From Gammaproteobacteria bacterium (GTDB lineage Bacteria > Pseudomonadota > Gammaproteobacteria > Ga0077536), in the NCBI GenBank assembly GCA_024234975.1, contig JACKNH010000004.1:150310-214309 (forward strand): 64,000 nt of DNA, given 5' to 3'. The notes under the pieces were generated by a model that worked only from the letters and a program-made list of their open reading frames with translations, was not told where the DNA came from and searched no databases. The first letter of the stretch is position 1; the number at the start of each line of letters is the position of its first letter. Below, one piece after another: positions 9,602 to 17,073 of the stretch. A program made the translations under genes and the position numbers.

Positions 9602-10744
9602 GTGCAGGTCAGCCAGGACGGCAGGGCTTCAACGAATCCTGACCAGTGTCGGCGTCGGTCCGGTCAACGACGCTTGACAGGCTTACCGGTCATCACCGGT
9701 ACGGCCACCGAAGATCAAACGCTGACCGCAGACACCAGCGGCATCGCCGATGTCGATGGTCTGGGCAGCTTCAGCTACCAGTGGTACCGCGATGGCGGGG
9801 CGATCGGCGGTGCCACGGCGAGCACTTTCGTCCTTGGCGATGCCGATGTCGGTAAGACCATCACAGTGGCGGTCAGCTATCAGGACCAACAGGGCTTCAA
9901 CGAATCGCTGACCAGCGTCGGTGTTGGTCCGATTGCCGCCGTTAACGACACGCCGACAGGCTTACCGGTCATCACCGGTACGGCCACCGAAGATCAAACG
10001 CTGACCGCGGATACCAGCGGCATCGCCGATGCCGATGGCCTCGGCACCTTCAGCTACCAGTGGTATCGCAACGGTGGCGCGATCAGCGGCGCCACGGCGA
10101 GCACATTCGTCCTTGGCGATACCGATGTCGGTAAGACGATTACCGTGCAGGTCAGCTATCAGGACGGGCAGGGCTTCAACGAATCGCTGACCAGCGTCGG
10201 CGTCGGTCCGATTTCGGCCGTCAACGATGCTCCCACCGGATTGCCGGTCATCACCGGTACGACGACAGAAGATCAGACGCTGACCGCAGACACCAGTGGT
10301 ATCGCCGATGTGGATGGTCTGGGCAGCTTCAGCTACCAGTGGTACCGCGACGGTGGCGCGATCAGCGGTGCCACGGCGAGCACTTTCGTCCTTGGCGATG
10401 CCGATGTCGGTAAGACGATTACCGTGCAGGTCAGCTATCAGGACGGGCAGGGCTTCAACGAATCGCTGACCAGTGTCGGCGTCGGTCCGATTTCGGCCGT
10501 CAACGATGCTCCCACCGGATTGCCGGTCATCACCGGCACGGCCACCGAAGATCGGACGCTGACCGCAGACACCAGTGGTATCGCCGATGATGGTCTGGGC
10601 AGCTTCAGCTACCAGGCGGTACCGCGACGGTGGCGCGATCAGCGGCCACGGCGAGCACTTTCGTCCTTGGCGATACCGATGTCGGCAAGACCATCACAGT
10701 GGCGGTCAGCTATCAGGACGGGCAGGGCTTCAACGAATCCATGA
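9602..10744 (+). CDS. Giant adhesin fragment 5: repeat units 5-8
   Basis: From ~9670 the translation is clean: GLPVITGTATEDQTLTADTSGIADVDGLGSFSYQWYRDGGAIGGATASTFVLGDADVGKTITV... The frame is lost in unit 8 near 10590-10640. Confidence 0.7.
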   Translation: MQVSQDGRASTNPDQCRRRSGQRRLTGLPVITGTATEDQTLTADTSGIADVDGLGSFSYQWYRDGGAIGGATASTFVLGDADVGKTITVAVSYQDQQGFNESLTSVGVGPIAAVNDTPTGLPVITGTATEDQTLTADTSGIADADGLGTFSYQWYRNGGAISGATASTFVLGDTDVGKTITVQVSYQDGQGFNESLTSVGVGPISAVNDAPTGLPVITGTTTEDQTLTADTSGIADVDGLGSFSYQWYRDGGAISGATASTFVLGDADVGKTITVQVSYQDGQGFNESLTSVGVGPISAVNDAPTGLPVITGTATEDRTLTADTSGIADDGLGSFSYQAVPRRWRDQRPRRALSSLAIPMSARPSQWRSAIRTGRASTNP

Positions 10745-11115
10745 CCAGCGTCGGTGTTGGTCCGATTGCCGCCGTTAACGATACGCCGACAGGCTTACCG
10801 GTCATCACCGGTACGACGACAGAAGATCAGACGCTGACTGCGGATACCAGCGGCATCGCCGATGTCGATGGCCTGGGCAGCTTCAGCTACCAGTGGTACC
10901 GCGACGGCGGGGCGATCGGCGGCGCCACGGCGAGCACATTCGTCCTTGGCGATACCGATGTCGGTAAGACCATCACAGTGACGGTCAGCTATCAGGACGG
11001 GCAGGGCTTCAACGAATTGCTGAACAGTGTCGGCGTCGGTCCGATTTCGGCCGTCAACGATGCACGACCGGCTTACCGGTCATTACCGGTACGGCCACCG
11101 AAGATCAAACGCTGA
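10630..11115 (+). CDS. Giant adhesin fragment 6: tail of unit 8 and unit 9
   Basis: ASTFVLGDTDVGKTITVAVSYQDGQGFNESMTSVGVGPIAAVNDTPTGLPVITGTTTEDQ... The frame is lost at the start of unit 10 (~11062). Confidence 0.65.
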   Translation: MARSAATASTFVLGDTDVGKTITVAVSYQDGQGFNESMTSVGVGPIAAVNDTPTGLPVITGTTTEDQTLTADTSGIADVDGLGSFSYQWYRDGGAIGGATASTFVLGDTDVGKTITVTVSYQDGQGFNELLNSVGVGPISAVNDARPAYRSLPVRPPKIKR

Positions 11116-11255
11116 CCGCCGACACCAGCGGCATCGCCGACGTCGATGGCCTCGGCGCATTCAATTACCAGTGGTATCGCAATGGCAGTGCGATCAACGG
11201 CGCTACCACCAGTACCTTCGTACTCGGCGATGCGGATGTCGGCACGACGATCACA

Positions 11256-13325
11256 GTGCAGGTCAGCTATCAGGACGGTCAGGGCTTCAACGAGTCACTA
11301 CTGAGCACGGGCGTCGGCCCGATCACCGCCGTGAACGATACCCCCATCGGTCTGCCCGTCATCACCGGTACGGCCACCGAAGATCAGACATTGACGGCGG
11401 ACACCAGTGGCATTGCCGACGTCGATGGCCTCGGCAGCTTCAGCTACCAGTGGTTCCGCGACGGTACCGCGATCAATGGCGCTACCGCCAGTACGTTCGT
11501 ACTCGGCGATGCGGATGTCGGCACGACGATCACAGTGCAGGTCAGCTATCAGGACGGTCAGGGCTTCAACGAGTCACTACTGAGCACGGGCGTCGGCCCG
11601 ATCGCCGGCATAAACGATGCGCCACTCGGCCAGCCGGTTGTTACAGGCATCACCGCCGTGGACCAGCTACTCACAGCAGATACCAGCGGTATCAGTGACG
11701 TGGATGGTCTGGGTACGTACAGCTACCAGTGGTTCCGCAGCGGTACCCTGATAGCGGGTGCGACCAATGAAACCTATCTGCTGACGAATGCCGATGTCGA
11801 CACATTCCTGAGCGTGCAAGTCAGCTATACCGATGGGCAGGGCACGGAAGAATCGTTGCAGAGCACGCTGGTCGGCCCGATTCAACCGCTGTTACCGCCA
11901 AATAATGCGCCGGTGTTCGACAGCGCGCCGGTGACAAATGTCACTGCGGGAACAGCCTACGTCTACCAGGTCGCAGTCACCGACGTCGACGTCATCGACA
12001 ACCTGACGATTACCGCGGCCAGTCTGCCAGGCTGGTTAGCCTTGACCGATAACGGCGATGGCACGGCCACGCTCAGTGGCGTGCCGCTCACCGCAGACGT
12101 CGGCACCTATGACATAGTGTTGTCCGTCAGTGACGGACAAGTGAGTGTCGAGCAGGGATTCGCTCTGATTGTTGATATCGATCCCAATCAAACTCCCGTC
12201 ATCGAATCTGATGGTGGCGGCACGGCCGCGACGCTGGCCGTCAGCGAAGGTACCGCACTGGTCACCGCGGTCGTGGCAACCGATGCCGATGGTGATGCGC
12301 TGACCTACAGCATCACCGGTGGTGCGGATGCGGCGGCATTCCAGATCGACGCGCAAACCGGCGCGTTGCAGTTCATCAGCCCGGTGCCGGCCTACTTCTC
12401 CCCTGCCGATGCTGACGGCGACAACACCTATCTGGTGACCGTTGCCGCAAGTGATGAGCACGGCGCGATCACCGCCCAGGCACTGTCGGTGGTGGTCGGC
12501 CCCAGCCCGTTGAATCCGGTGCTCGCCGAAGCCATTGCCGCTTCCAACCAGATTTCGCCCGAGGCGGACTCCGGCACTGCGTATGAGACCGTAGCCCAAT
12601 CCACACCGGGTACCGGGGGCGCAGCGGCGGCATTGGCTGACGCTGTCATCAGCCAGACGACCGGCAGCGGCGCGGCCAATACGGGGTCGTCGCAGGATTC
12701 GGATACTGAACAACTTACCGAGCAGGTTTTGCTTGCCGAATTGGCGCAAGCGCCGGGCAGCCTGCAAGACCTTATTGATGACACTGTTGGCCAGGACGAG
12801 GTCAAGTCTGTCGACGGTGTTGCCGATGCCGTCACTGCGGATGAACGGCCGCCGACTGATAACACAACCAATGACAATGCGCCCGCCCAGGCATCTGAAC
12901 TGGTCCGGGCCACGCTGCTGGCGGGTGCGTCAGGTATGCACCTTGACCTGACCCAACTGGAAACAGCCTTGAATACCACCAGTTTCAACAACGCGCTGGA
13001 CGAAATGCGGCGGGCGCTGACCGAGGTCAGCGAAAGCAAAGGCAAATCGATGGACCTGCGTGCTGAAGTCGCTACCGGCATCGGAATGAGTCTGACGGCC
13101 GGTATCGTTCAGTGGGTTCTGCGTACCGGCTCATTGATGTTCACGCTGGTCTCGACCATGCCGGTCTGGCGGTTCTTCGACCCACTACCGATCTTCGCGG
13201 GCGCACGCGAGGCTGATGCAGTAATGGTTGAAGGCGCCGACGAGAAAGCCACCGCCGTTGCACCTGCCGGAGAAGTCGAAACCCTGTTCGACAAAGCAGC
13301 AGAGCAAGAGGAACCTGCTGAATGA
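11256..13325 (+). CDS. Giant adhesin fragment 7 (frame open from ~11070): repeat units 10-12, Ig/cadherin-like modules, low-complexity linker, C-terminal hydrophobic anchor and acidic tail
   Basis: Dystroglycan/cadherin-like ITAASLPGWLALTDNGDGTATLSGVPLTADVGTYDIVLSVSDG and ATDADGDALTYSITGGADAAAFQIDAQTGALQF. An Ala/Gly/Ser/Thr/Asp-rich linker follows. The protein ends ...VATGIGMSLTAGIVQWVLRTGSLMFTLVSTMPVWRFFDPLPIF...AAEQEEPAE. Confidence 0.8.
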   Translation: MQVSYQDGQGFNESLLSTGVGPITAVNDTPIGLPVITGTATEDQTLTADTSGIADVDGLGSFSYQWFRDGTAINGATASTFVLGDADVGTTITVQVSYQDGQGFNESLLSTGVGPIAGINDAPLGQPVVTGITAVDQLLTADTSGISDVDGLGTYSYQWFRSGTLIAGATNETYLLTNADVDTFLSVQVSYTDGQGTEESLQSTLVGPIQPLLPPNNAPVFDSAPVTNVTAGTAYVYQVAVTDVDVIDNLTITAASLPGWLALTDNGDGTATLSGVPLTADVGTYDIVLSVSDGQVSVEQGFALIVDIDPNQTPVIESDGGGTAATLAVSEGTALVTAVVATDADGDALTYSITGGADAAAFQIDAQTGALQFISPVPAYFSPADADGDNTYLVTVAASDEHGAITAQALSVVVGPSPLNPVLAEAIAASNQISPEADSGTAYETVAQSTPGTGGAAAALADAVISQTTGSGAANTGSSQDSDTEQLTEQVLLAELAQAPGSLQDLIDDTVGQDEVKSVDGVADAVTADERPPTDNTTNDNAPAQASELVRATLLAGASGMHLDLTQLETALNTTSFNNALDEMRRALTEVSESKGKSMDLRAEVATGIGMSLTAGIVQWVLRTGSLMFTLVSTMPVWRFFDPLPIFAGAREADAVMVEGADEKATAVAPAGEVETLFDKAAEQEEPAE
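13069..13170 (+). other. Predicted C-terminal hydrophobic (one or two helix) membrane anchor of the giant protein
   Basis: VATGIGMSLTAGIVQWVLRTGSLMFTLVSTMPVW is the only long hydrophobic stretch in the visible protein. It is followed by RFFDPLPIFAGARE and an acidic tail. Confidence 0.5.
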
Positions 13326-16300
13326 TTCTGCGGTTGTTACAGTCCCCGGTAATCCGACTGAGTCTTGCCTTGGCCATGATGACCAGCGGCTTGTTGCTGG
13401 TTGCCGATCTTGTCGGAATTTTTCCCAATCAGCGCGCCGTGATGCTGGACGCGCGCAAGACCGTTTCCGAGTCAATTGCGATCCAGACGGTTGCCGCAGT
13501 GGAATCGGGCGAGACGGACATGTTGTCCGAGGTGATGAATTCGGTCACCGCGCGTGATCCGTCTGTCAAATCAATGGCGCTACGCGACAAATCCGGCGCC
13601 ATCGTGACCGCCGCCGGAGACCATGACAAGTTCTGGACCAGTAAGACTGGCGAGGCATCCAACGAAACACAGGTGCAGGTGCCTGTCTACAATGGCGAGA
13701 ACCGGTGGGGTACGTTGGAGCTTGCTTTCACACCCATTGGTGGCGACCGTTCGCTGAACGGGCTGCCACGATCATTTCTGGTTGTTCTGCTGTTCATTTC
13801 CTGTGCCGGTTTTGCCGCGAACTTCCTGTTGTTGCGCAGGGCCTTGCGAGAGCTGGACCCGAGTGCCGTGATCCCGCCGCGGGTGCAGGCGGCGTTGGAT
13901 GCGCTTGCCGAAGGACTGGTCATCATCGATTCCCGCGAACGGATACTGCTGGCCAACCAGGCGTTTTCGCGCAAGGTTGAACGCCCGCAATCGATGCTGG
14001 TCGGCCAGACCATGGCGACGCTGAACTGGCAACCGTATGACGACGAGGAAGCGCTGCCGGAAGTACTGCCGTGGTCGGAAGTTCTGCGTGATAACACGGT
14101 CGATACCGGCGTTCATCTGCGCATGGAAACCGCGACCGGCACGATGCTCAGCTTCGCCGTCAATGCAGTCCCGGTGACCGCGGGTGACGGCTCGGTACGC
14201 GGAGCATTGACGACATTCAACGATCTGACCCAGGTGGAACTGGCCTACCGCGAACTCAGTCGCGCCAACCAGAAGCTCGAGTCCGCAAAGCGCGACATTG
14301 CGCGTCAGAACCAGGAATTGCTGGTGCTGGCCACGCGCGATGCCATGACTGGTGTGCTCAATCGACGCGCGTTGTTCGAGGCGTTCGAAAATCTGCTGGT
14401 GGAAAGTGTCACCGGCGGCATTCCGTTGTGCTGCGTGATGATCGACATCGACAAGTTCAAATCGATTAACGACAGCTACGGTCACGGCGTGGGCGACAAA
14501 GTCATCAAGGCGGTGGCGGCTATTCTGAATGACACGGCACGCGCGACGGACATCGTCGGCCGTTATGGTGGTGAGGAATTCTGCGCGTTGTTGCCAGGCA
14601 CCGATCTCAAGCAGGGCGAAGTGCTGGCGGAACGAATCCGGGTGGCGGTGCAGGATGGTGTCGGTGGCAAAGCCAATACGCCGTTCCAGGTGACGGTGAG
14701 TCTCGGAGTATCAAGCACCGAATTCGGGGCGCACGAACCGATGGATTTGTGTAACCAGGCTGACCGTGCGCTCTATGTCGCCAAGGAAAGCGGCCGTAAT
14801 CGCGTGGTGCCCTGGAGTGATGTCGCTGAATATCTGGGCAGCGATACCGTCACCAGGGCGGAGAAACCTGCTGAACCGCCGGCGCCCGCCAAAGCCGCAC
14901 CTGGCGAATCCTTCCCACGCGAGAGCGAGTTGGCCGTACGGATCGAACAGCTGGAACGCGCCTTGAGCGAAAGCGAGCGTCAACGCGCACGGGCGCTGAT
15001 GGAACATCCGCACGGCGGTGGCACCAGTGTTTCGAGTTGGGCGCTGCTGCAGGACAGGCTCGAGCAATCCTTGATGCGCACCCGGCGCAGTAGTAAACAC
15101 GTGGCCGTGGTTGCCATCGAAATCGACGCCTACAGGACAGTCAACTCCACGCTGGGCATGACCAGTGGCGAGAAGATGATTGACGCGGTCAATGAAAGGT
15201 TGGCAGGAAATCTGCGCGAAATCGATACCATCTCCATGCCGCAGGACGGTGACCCAGGCGTCGTGCTGACCCGCCTGACCAACGATGAGTTCGTGCTCGT
15301 GCTGGCCGATTTCGACGACAAGGCCATGGTGCCGCGGGTGGTCGAGCGTCTGGGCAGCGTGTTCCGCGATCCGTTCGATATCGACGGCTCGGAAATCTTC
15401 GTGACGCCGCGGCTGGGTGTGGCCGTTTATCCCGGTGACGGCAAGAATGCGACCGAACTGGTGGCCAACGCCAACGCCGCATTGCGTTTCGCCCGTCAGC
15501 GTTCAGATCGCACAACCTATCACTTCTATTCGAGCGAAATGAATGAGAAAGCCCGTGAACAACTGCGGGTTGAAAACGAGTTGCGGCATGCGATCGAGCG
15601 GGAAGAGTTTGTCCTGCATTACCAACCCAGAATCGATCTCGCTTCCGGCGCGATCACCGGCATGGAAGCGTTGCTGCGCTGGAATCATCCCGCGCACGGC
15701 ATGATCTTCCCGGACAAGTTCGTGCCCATGGCCGAGCGCCTCGGGTTGATCACGCAGATCGGAGAGTGGGTGGCTGGCGCGGCATGCCGCCAGGTTGACG
15801 CATGGTCCGCGAACGGCTTTGGCGAGCTGGAGCTTGCTATCAATGTCTCGCCGATTCAGCTGCGCGACGACAAGTTCCTGCACAAGCTGCGCGAAAAGGT
15901 CGCGAAGTATGGAGTCCCCGCTGAGCGTATCGAGTTGGAAATCACCGAATCGGTAGTGATCGATAACATTGACGTTGTGCTCGACCTGATGCGCAAGCTT
16001 GCTGACGAAGGCTTCAAGCTGGCACTGGACGATTTCGGCACGGGCTATTCATCGCTGGGCTATCTGCGACGGTTGCCACTGCATCGACTGAAGATCGATC
16101 GATCTTTCCTGCGCGGGTTGGGGCAGAACATGACCGACTATGCCATCGTCAGTTCGGTCATTGAAATGTCACACTCGCTGGGGATGCGGGTGGTCGCCGA
16201 AGGCATCGAGAACGAAGAGCAATGGGTAGCCTTGTGTGAGCTCGGTTGCGACGAAGGGCAGGGCTATCTGTGGAGCCGTCCGGTCAGCGTGGAAGACGCA

Positions 16301-16474
16301 GTGACCCTGCTGGAGAAAAATTCCGATTTGCGGCAGAAGGTGCGCATGATTCACGCCAGTCGCGCCGAGCAATTTGAGAGTGCGCGTCGGATTGCCATCA
16401 AGGGCGTACTCAACGACGCCGGTCCGCTCGATGTGGAGACACTGATGCGCGACAAGATCATCCGTTTGAATTGA
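13322..16474 (+). CDS. Membrane-bound c-di-GMP turnover protein: TM-periplasmic region-TM, PAS, GGDEF (intact), second degenerate GGDEF, EAL
   Basis: The ATG at 13322 overlaps the giant gene TGA (ATGA). I-site RATD plus GGEEF lie at nt 14540-14581. The degenerate second GGDEF (RLTNDEF) is at 15272-15292. EAL motifs are MEALLRW (15662-), DDFGTGYSSLGYL and QGYLWSRP. A coiled-coil-like linker (ELAVRIEQLERALSESERQRA) sits between the two GGDEF domains. Confidence 0.9.
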   Translation: MILRLLQSPVIRLSLALAMMTSGLLLVADLVGIFPNQRAVMLDARKTVSESIAIQTVAAVESGETDMLSEVMNSVTARDPSVKSMALRDKSGAIVTAAGDHDKFWTSKTGEASNETQVQVPVYNGENRWGTLELAFTPIGGDRSLNGLPRSFLVVLLFISCAGFAANFLLLRRALRELDPSAVIPPRVQAALDALAEGLVIIDSRERILLANQAFSRKVERPQSMLVGQTMATLNWQPYDDEEALPEVLPWSEVLRDNTVDTGVHLRMETATGTMLSFAVNAVPVTAGDGSVRGALTTFNDLTQVELAYRELSRANQKLESAKRDIARQNQELLVLATRDAMTGVLNRRALFEAFENLLVESVTGGIPLCCVMIDIDKFKSINDSYGHGVGDKVIKAVAAILNDTARATDIVGRYGGEEFCALLPGTDLKQGEVLAERIRVAVQDGVGGKANTPFQVTVSLGVSSTEFGAHEPMDLCNQADRALYVAKESGRNRVVPWSDVAEYLGSDTVTRAEKPAEPPAPAKAAPGESFPRESELAVRIEQLERALSESERQRARALMEHPHGGGTSVSSWALLQDRLEQSLMRTRRSSKHVAVVAIEIDAYRTVNSTLGMTSGEKMIDAVNERLAGNLREIDTISMPQDGDPGVVLTRLTNDEFVLVLADFDDKAMVPRVVERLGSVFRDPFDIDGSEIFVTPRLGVAVYPGDGKNATELVANANAALRFARQRSDRTTYHFYSSEMNEKAREQLRVENELRHAIEREEFVLHYQPRIDLASGAITGMEALLRWNHPAHGMIFPDKFVPMAERLGLITQIGEWVAGAACRQVDAWSANGFGELELAINVSPIQLRDDKFLHKLREKVAKYGVPAERIELEITESVVIDNIDVVLDLMRKLADEGFKLALDDFGTGYSSLGYLRRLPLHRLKIDRSFLRGLGQNMTDYAIVSSVIEMSHSLGMRVVAEGIENEEQWVALCELGCDEGQGYLWSRPVSVEDAVTLLEKNSDLRQKVRMIHASRAEQFESARRIAIKGVLNDAGPLDVETLMRDKIIRLN

Positions 16475-16478
16475 TGCG

Positions 16479-16500
16479 GATCGGCGCTTGTGCGCCGGTC
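16479..16500. terminator. GC-rich hairpin between convergent genes (possible bidirectional terminator)
   Basis: gatcggcgc-ttgt-gcgccggtc forms a 9-bp stem (one G-U pair) with a 4-nt loop. It starts 5 nt after the TGA at 16472-16474 and overlaps the stop of the minus-strand ORF. There is no U tract. Confidence 0.35.
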
Positions 16501-17026
16501 AGCCAGCAGGCTCGATACTCGCCCGATACGACAGGTCTTCAGCCGGCAGATCGACCTGAGCCAACCACAACGCCGCTTCCTCCAGCGTTTCGACCACGGC
16601 CACGATGCCACCGCGATTGCGTGCGGTCAGCTGTGCGAGCTTGTCGCGTCGGCCGGTGGGGTAGACGATGGCGACGGCCAGTTCGCGCCCCCAGTGAAAT
16701 GGCGCCCGCTTGCCGAGTTCGTAGCGTTCAAAATCGTTGAGGTCGCCGGTGATGTTGCGGGCATCGAGCATGATGCGGCGCCGCCCCGCGTTGCGGGCGA
16801 CAGTGCCGACGGACATTATCGCGGCGTGTCCGGCCACTGATGACCACGCGCCTCGAACAATGACTTCCAGATAAACACCAAGATCAAAATACTCGAACTG
16901 GAACCGTTCTGATTTTTGTTTTCCCTGCCGCACTGCAATGTCCGCCTGCTCCCTCAACGATGGCCATGATCCAACAGTCCTCGCTCCGGTGCAAACCGGC
17001 CACCGCCACGCCACCGGTTCAAGCAT
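16499..17026 (-). CDS. Hypothetical protein (small alpha/beta domain; function unknown)
   Basis: A 175-codon ORF. The C-terminal ~130 aa look protein-like (FEYFDLGVYLEVIVRGAW...RRRIMLDARNITGDLNDFERYELGKR...LAVAIVYPTGRRDKLAQLTARNRGGIVAVVETLEEAALWL). The first ~40 codons are Trp/Arg-rich and may not be translated. The start is uncertain. Confidence 0.45.
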   Translation of the reverse strand: MLEPVAWRWPVCTGARTVGSWPSLREQADIAVRQGKQKSERFQFEYFDLGVYLEVIVRGAWSSVAGHAAIMSVGTVARNAGRRRIMLDARNITGDLNDFERYELGKRAPFHWGRELAVAIVYPTGRRDKLAQLTARNRGGIVAVVETLEEAALWLAQVDLPAEDLSYRASIEPAG

Positions 17027-17073
17027 GGCATTAGCTCAGGTGCTCCGGTATCGTTCCCGGCAGGAGGAACCTC

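Larger units (their letters stand above)
8569..11891 (+). repeat. 12 tandem copies of a 279-bp (93-aa) coding repeat
   Basis: Unit starts (the AAC of the N-D-x-P linker) fall at 8569, 8848, 9127, ~9406, ~9670, 9944, 10223, 10502, 10777, 11056, 11334 and 11613. Spacing is exactly 279 nt wherever units are undamaged. Consensus: NDTPTGLPVITGTATEDQTLTADTSGIADVDGLGSFSYQWYRDGGAIGGATASTFVLGDTDVGKTITVQVSYQDGQGFNESLTSVGVGPIAAV. Units 11-12 are more diverged. Confidence 0.9.
1..13325 (+). pseudogene. Giant multidomain cell-surface/adhesin-like protein gene (conceptually >4,400 codons); 5' end lies upstream of the window; reading frame interrupted at >=10 places
   Basis: Frame 3 is open from nt 3 (GSDLLNYLFADPTSNSDSGVQPEVTREIVFIDETVPDYQ), so the GTG at 105 in the ORF track is not the true start. 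The + strand ORFs 105-5279, 5194-7155, 7128-8057, 8047-9402, 9602-10744, 10630-11115 and 11256-13325 read as one protein once frames are joined. The NHL repeat continues across ~5205. WQYSTS then GGSTWANISGVSATTALLL continues across ~7098. Real decay versus consensus error cannot be decided from the sequence. Confidence 0.75.

Noticed and set aside
8569-11891. Could the regular 279-bp array be a CRISPR or a non-coding satellite?
   Set aside because: The units abut with no unique spacers. They are far longer than CRISPR repeats. They also maintain a 93-codon protein repeat in frame wherever undamaged. This is a coding tandem repeat.
8569-11891. Diversity-generating retroelement or phase-variation switch acting on the repeat region.
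   Set aside because: The window contains no reverse transcriptase, template repeat, invertase or inverted-repeat-flanked invertible segment. Differences between units are scattered and are not adenine-specific.
13322-16474. The GGDEF-EAL protein as a LapD-type receptor of a Lap adhesin system.
   Set aside because: LapD has degenerate GGDEF and EAL domains and works with LapG. Here the first GGDEF and the EAL look catalytically intact. No LapG-like protease or T1SS genes are visible, and the adhesin lacks an RTX-type C-terminus.
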